Notes under the pieces: model-generated | The model's input: only the letters and a program-made list of their open reading frames with translations | The model's database searches: none | What the model was told of the DNA's origin: nothing | Translations under genes and position numbers: made by a program | In this document: positions 59,588-64,000 of the stretch, in pieces | How the letters are laid out: each line of letters starts with the position of its first letter | How positions within the stretch are numbered: the stretch's first letter is position 1 | DNA from: a virus | Length of the DNA: 64,000 nt | IMG/VR virus record: IMGVR_UViG_3300012178_000001 | Span: 28,495-92,494 of that record | Strand: one strand, 5' to 3'

Positions 59588-62494
59588 CTACCCCAAATAT
59601 TTAAATCTAAGTGTATCAGTTGCACTATCATCAACCATTCTATAGTTACCTACATTATAACCATTATTTGCTACCATAGTTCCGTTTACTGTAACATTCT
59701 GTTCAGTAACTATATCTGTATCAGTTCTTATAAAGTTACTTGCATGTAAACCATCTAGTAAATCTGCATTAACTCCACTTCCAATACCATCAACAGACTT
59801 AAGTTTATTTAATACATCACTTGCAGTGTAAATACTACTATTAAGCTTAGCATCTAATGATGATTGTAAATTATCTATATTACCTATAGTATGATTGTGA
59901 CTATCATCACTAACTGTTGCACTTAATGTCACATTAGAAGAACCATCAAATGATATTGAACCTGATAAATCTCCACCTAATGATATAGTTCTAGCAGTAT
60001 TTAATTTAGATGCACTAACTGCGTTACTATTAGAGTCTAACTTACCGTCTAATGCAGTTTGTAAGCCGTCAACGTTACCTATGATATGGTTATGACTATC
60101 ATCAGCAACTGTAGCTGTCAATGTTCCATTACCTAAATCAGTTAATGTAACACTACCACTTAAATCTCCACCTAAAGTAATTGTTGGATCTGGTTTATTA
60201 TTAATATTAGTCCAGTCTATATTTATATTAGCCCAATCAGCATCTGCTTGAATTACCCAACTAGTTCCATCATGAATATATGAATCTCCTGTATCCTTTT
60301 CATATATCTTATCCCCTTCAGAACCAGTAGGTCTAGTATCTGTACTATTTATAACAAATGTATCAGGATTACCTAAATCTGGTATTAGTGATAAAGGTAT
60401 TTTTGCACTATCATCTAATCCAGCATATCCATTAGCTATATTTTTATTTGTATTTAGTTCAAATACTGAAGCATGATTTCCATCTAAGTAATCAGCATCT
60501 AGCCCACTACCTGTGCCATCAACAGTTTTAATTTTAGATAATACATCACTTGCAGTATATACAGATGAATTCAATTTACTATCTAATGCATTTTGTAAAC
60601 CATCAACATTACTTATAATGTGATTATGACTATCATCATTTACAGTTATTGTATAAGTACCACCTGTAAGGTTAGTCATTGTTATACTACCAGTTACATC
60701 ACCGTCTAAAGTAAGTGTTGGATCTGGTTTATTAGTTGTATTAGTCCAATCTAAATAATATGCACTATTGTTATTATCTAATAACGTACTATTATCTGCA
60801 GTTGCATTTATACCCAAGAACTTATTATCTGATTCTATCTCTGTATAATATCTAGTATCATGTATATGACTATCATCGGCAACTGTTACATCAAAAGTTA
60901 TATTTTCACTACCGTCAATATTAATAGAACTACTTATATCACTAGTAACACTTCCAGACACATCACCAGTTAAGTTTATATTTATTGGTGACTCTAGTTT
61001 AGTAGTAGTTGCAGAATTACCTGTGATACTAGAACTTATAGTATTTGGTAAATATACATCACTAATTGTTCCACTATTTATATTAGTAGCATTAAGATAA
61101 TAACTTGGTAAATTATTACCTAGTAAATCACTATTATCTGAGGTTGCATTTATACCTAGAAACCTACTATCTGATTCAGTTTCAGTGTAGTATCTCGTAT
61201 CATGTGTATGACTATCATCAGCAACTGTTATATCTAAAGTTACATCTTCATCACCATCTATATAGTTCATTCCACTAATATCACCTGATAATACACCTGA
61301 TACATCTCCAGTGAGAGTTATAGCAAAAGGTGTCTCTAGTTTAGTAGTAGTTGCAGAGTTTCCAGTAATATCAGATGTTATACTACTTGGTAAATGGTCA
61401 TTACTAATTGTTCCACTATTTATATTTGTTGCGTCAAGATAATAACTCGGTAAATTATTACCTAATAGCTCACTATCCGTTGCAGTTGCACTTAAACCCA
61501 GAAATCTATTATCAGATTCGGTTTCTGTATAGTATCTCGTATCATGTGTATGACTATCATTTAAAATATTTATGTCTAAAGTTACATTTTCACTACCGTC
61601 AATGATATTTAATCCACTAGTGTCACCAGTTATACTTCCCGTAACATCTCCACCTAAATTTAGATTAAATCCATTTTCTAATTTAGTAGTAGTTGCAGAG
61701 TTACCAGTAATATCAGAAGTTATAGTATCTGGTAAGTGGGTATCAGGTATTGTACCACTATTTATATTAGTAGCATTAGTATAGAATGAACCTTCTTCTC
61801 CGTCTAATAAATCACTATCTATACCGCTACCTACTCCATCTACAATTTTCAGTTTACCTAGTATATTTGATGGAGAATTTACTTCACTTATTGATTGCAC
61901 TAGATTAGCCTTATTAGTTGTATTTAGGTTAGTTAGTGTTCCTATATTACTAGTATTTGAATCCACATCAGAACTTAAAGTGGTGAAATTGTTATTCTGT
62001 AATAAGTTTAAACTTAATGTTACAGTTCCATCACCGTTTTCCAAATAATTTATATCATTAGCTACTGGTAGATATGTATTTCTTATGGTTTCTTTTATTT
62101 GTTCTTCAGTGTTATGAATATCTGTATTATTTTTATGTGTATCGTATTCATTATGAATTTCATTTATTGAGCTTGTTATATCTGTTGCTACAGTATTTAA
62201 CTCCATATTACCTATTTTAATATCATTATCCTCAATGGATGATGCATTTGTGTTAATTTTAGTCATGTTAGTAGATATATCATCATTATTACCAGTGATT
62301 TCTAATAAGTTAGATGCAATATTATCTTTATTAATATTTATCTCTGTTAAGTTATTAGATATATCCGTATCATTACTATTTATAGAATTTAAGTTACTAG
62401 TTATTAAGTCTGTAACATCAACCTTAAAATCTTGGTGTCCTAACAATTCAAGTATCAAATCCGAAAGATCTATTTGTTCAGCTTTTAATGGCAT
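59588..62494 (-). CDS. Long tail-fibre protein (N-terminal coiled coil, DSHxH repeats)
   Basis: N..I..N..I heptads, repeated DSHTHDTRYYTE, ANGYAGLD..AKIP, GLDAD.LDG. Confidence 0.85.
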   Translation of the reverse strand: MPLKAEQIDLSDLILELLGHQDFKVDVTDLITSNLNSINSNDTDISNNLTEININKDNIASNLLEITGNNDDISTNMTKINTNASSIEDNDIKIGNMELNTVATDITSSINEIHNEYDTHKNNTDIHNTEEQIKETIRNTYLPVANDINYLENGDGTVTLSLNLLQNNNFTTLSSDVDSNTSNIGTLTNLNTTNKANLVQSISEVNSPSNILGKLKIVDGVGSGIDSDLLDGEEGSFYTNATNINSGTIPDTHLPDTITSDITGNSATTTKLENGFNLNLGGDVTGSITGDTSGLNIIDGSENVTLDINILNDSHTHDTRYYTETESDNRFLGLSATATDSELLGNNLPSYYLDATNINSGTISNDHLPSSITSDITGNSATTTKLETPFAITLTGDVSGVLSGDISGMNYIDGDEDVTLDITVADDSHTHDTRYYTETESDSRFLGINATSDNSDLLGNNLPSYYLNATNINSGTISDVYLPNTISSSITGNSATTTKLESPININLTGDVSGSVTSDISSSINIDGSENITFDVTVADDSHIHDTRYYTEIESDNKFLGINATADNSTLLDNNNSAYYLDWTNTTNKPDPTLTLDGDVTGSITMTNLTGGTYTITVNDDSHNHIISNVDGLQNALDSKLNSSVYTASDVLSKIKTVDGTGSGLDADYLDGNHASVFELNTNKNIANGYAGLDDSAKIPLSLIPDLGNPDTFVINSTDTRPTGSEGDKIYEKDTGDSYIHDGTSWVIQADADWANINIDWTNINNKPDPTITLGGDLSGSVTLTDLGNGTLTATVADDSHNHIIGNVDGLQTALDGKLDSNSNAVSASKLNTARTISLGGDLSGSISFDGSSNVTLSATVSDDSHNHTIGNIDNLQSSLDAKLNSSIYTASDVLNKLKSVDGIGSGVNADLLDGLHASNFIRTDTDIVTEQNVTVNGTMVANNGYNVGNYRMVDDSATDTLRFKYLG

Positions 62495-62524
62495 TTTATA
62501 CCCCTTTCTTATAGTTGTCTTAGT

Positions 62525-62536
62525 TAATAAATTGTT
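62525..62536 (-). promoter_or_regulatory. Late-type promoter AACA-N6-TA heading the 21-kb fibre/lectin operon
   Basis: AACAATTTATTA. Confidence 0.65.
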
Positions 62537-62550
62537 AGAATAGATAGAAA

Positions 62551-62584
62551 TTAAAACAACATTGAAAAATCAATGTTGTTTTAA
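62551..62584 (-). terminator. Hairpin terminator
   Basis: ttaaaacaacattga-aaaa-tcaatgttgttttaa. Confidence 0.8.
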
Positions 62585-62597
62585 TATAAGTTGTTAT

Positions 62598-62722
62598 TCA
62601 TAGTATACTGTATTCTATAGTTGCGGTAACGTATCCGTCCTGTATTGCACACCGCTGTCTATAACAATTCTGGGGTTAGCCGGGCCAGTGGTGTCTAGTT
62701 CTAAGTTAAAATAATTTGCCAT
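62598..62722 (-). pseudogene. Truncated / internally deleted structural-protein remnant
   Basis: SD AAAAGGAG; MANYFNLELDTTGPANPRIVIDSGVQY... stops at 62615; another frame reads QDGYVTATIEYSIL*. Confidence 0.5.
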
Positions 62723-62741
62723 AATTTATCAACTCCTTTTC

Positions 62742-62891
62742 CTATTTATCAGAGAATGCACTCTTAATTTCTTCAATATCGCTGGAGGTTAGTTTAGGAT
62801 ACATAGCTAAAACCTCCCCTAAACTTTTACCAGTGGCATTGATTTTTCTATTTATTGTTCTAACTAGTATATTTAATTTATATTGAACCAT
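62742..62891 (-). CDS. 49-aa XkdX/CD1375-like small tail-associated protein
   Basis: MVQYKLNILVRTINRKINATGKSLGEVLAMYPKLTSSDIEEIKSAFSDK; typical position after a fibre chaperone; SD GGGGTG. Confidence 0.55.
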   Translation of the reverse strand: MVQYKLNILVRTINRKINATGKSLGEVLAMYPKLTSSDIEEIKSAFSDK

Positions 62892-63195
62892 TTACAACAC
62901 CCCCAATAATATCAGACAAAGCGTCTTCTATATCGTTCATTCGCATATCATCATCTGAAGTGTATTTCGATATCTCTTTATTAATCTCATCAGTAAGTGT
63001 GACATATTTTTCCTTGTTTATCACTTCAATATCTAAATGGCTAATGATATCTTCTTCATTTGTTTCTAATACACAGAAACTATTATCCATTTTATAATTT
63101 TGACTACCCGGTACAAATTTTTGTATATCTAATCCTTTATAATCAGCTTTACCATTCTCATCAATAACTTTTGAAATTTTTAATTTTATTCCCAT
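62878..63195 (-). CDS. Tail-fibre assembly/chaperone-like protein
   Basis: C-terminal 'RMNDIEDALSDIIGG' typical of XkdW-like proteins. Confidence 0.55.
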   Translation of the reverse strand: MGIKLKISKVIDENGKADYKGLDIQKFVPGSQNYKMDNSFCVLETNEEDIISHLDIEVINKEKYVTLTDEINKEISKYTSDDDMRMNDIEDALSDIIGGVVNGSI

Positions 63196-63216
63196 TTTTA
63201 ATACTCCTTTAATCTA

Positions 63217-63924
63217 TTATATTAATTCACCATCTGGATTTATACCGCCTGTTACAAATTGAATTAAAATCGCTAATTCATTCAGGGCCCCTTGCTCCCA
63301 CGATTTAATGTCCGTCCCCCCAGCCCCAATAAGAATAACCCCCTGGCTTCTTACTACGATTAAAAGGGACTCGGTAATAGCATGTAACCAGGTACCTTCA
63401 AACGAATCACTAATATTCCCGAGGCTTGTACCCGCTCCGTTATAAATTGAAAGAAATGGTTGTGAATAATAAGTAGTATATACTACGTCTATTCCATAGT
63501 GATACGCACCAATGCGTGCACTATTGGGTGCTATAGGTGTTGCTATAGCTAATTGTGTCCCGTTATAGTCATATACTCTGTAATCCAGAGTATCGCTATT
63601 AAGAGCGCACCCCGAAAGCCATTCCTCTGAGAAGCATATTTTTCGTGCAGAGGCTCCACCAGCTCGTGCGATAATAGTCTGTTGGAGGGTTCCAGTTGGT
63701 GTATAGCTGGATATTTTATCGCCTTTAGTTGTCCAAACTAAACCGTCTGACCTACGATACCCACTAAACCAGTCAAACCCATCACGCTCTTCAAAATTAT
63801 TAAACGTAGACAAAGTTGACTGGGCTGGAGCCCCTCCACCGCCCACATCCGCCCATTGTGTTCCGTCCCACACTTTCTGTGCTGGGACAACCCATTCTGA
63901 ACCATTCCAATATTTTTGTGCCAT
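63217..63924 (-). CDS. Putative receptor-binding protein (WxGxxW N-terminus, beta-propeller-like body), higher GC
   Basis: KYWNGSEW..KVWDGTQW, Gly linker, repeated Y...GT strands. Confidence 0.6.
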   Translation of the reverse strand: MAQKYWNGSEWVVPAQKVWDGTQWADVGGGGAPAQSTLSTFNNFEERDGFDWFSGYRRSDGLVWTTKGDKISSYTPTGTLQQTIIARAGGASARKICFSEEWLSGCALNSDTLDYRVYDYNGTQLAIATPIAPNSARIGAYHYGIDVVYTTYYSQPFLSIYNGAGTSLGNISDSFEGTWLHAITESLLIVVRSQGVILIGAGGTDIKSWEQGALNELAILIQFVTGGINPDGELI

Positions 63925-63938
63925 AATATCAATCCTCC

Positions 63939-64000
63939 TTAATCACCACTTATATCTATCCATATATCATTTGTTGCTGGTCCACTTGGTGCTGTTGTAG
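63939..64000 (-). CDS. C-terminus of another fibre stalk (partial; continues beyond the window)
   Basis: ...TTAPSGPATNDIWIDISGD*. Confidence 0.7.
   Translation of the reverse strand, partial: TTAPSGPATNDIWIDISGD

Noticed and set aside
54729-62494. CRISPR array
   Set aside because: Repeats are degenerate, in-frame protein repeats with no constant repeat/spacer structure
213-63932. Antisense or alternate-frame ORFs in the track (e.g. 213-461, 626-868, 1338-1721, 2054-2566, 21799-22320, 36093-36359, 62235-62543, 63738-63932)
   Set aside because: They overlap well-supported genes, lack SD sites and have the Ile/Leu/Ser-rich composition of shadow ORFs
41039-64000. Invertase shufflon
   Set aside because: All modules are on the same strand, with no inverted cassettes and no recombinase in the window
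1-64000. Stop-codon reassignment
   Set aside because: Long genes are intact in code 11, and TAG and TGA both end genes at natural boundaries (e.g. 19592, 20990, ATGA overlaps)
1-64000. tRNA/rRNA genes and nuclear-shell (chimallin) or tubulin genes
   Set aside because: No cloverleaf-like GC-rich intergenic segment or recognisable motif was seen; they may exist outside the window

Overview
This is an AT-rich (roughly 27-30% GC, judged by eye), densely coding segment of a jumbo myophage of the phiKZ/AR9(PBS1)-related group. It probably infects a Firmicute, given the SH3b-amidase endolysin, GH73 hydrolase and strong GGAGG/AGGTGA Shine-Dalgarno sites. The left half (1-31 kb, mostly + strand) carries baseplate genes, a GroEL-like chaperonin, a probable gp226/gp68-type promoter-specificity subunit, primase, RNase H, radical SAM, a PolB-palm-like protein, two halves of a split multisubunit RNA polymerase beta' subunit and early accessory genes. 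A lysis module lies at 31-35 kb. The right half (35-64 kb, - strand) is a large tail-fibre/receptor-binding locus of alternating HxH-repeat fibre 'stalks' and LamG/CBM/ILEI lectin 'heads'. Each head carries three copies of a short beta-hairpin-like motif, and the array contains a tandem duplication, several frameshifted or internally deleted remnants and a higher-GC imported cassette. Intergenic regions repeatedly carry AACA-N6-TA (the AR9 late-promoter consensus) and TATATTAT (early-type) motifs. Other signals are a candidate -1 frameshift in the baseplate/tail chaperone pair and probable ATT start codons. All functional calls come from reading motifs; no database search was run.
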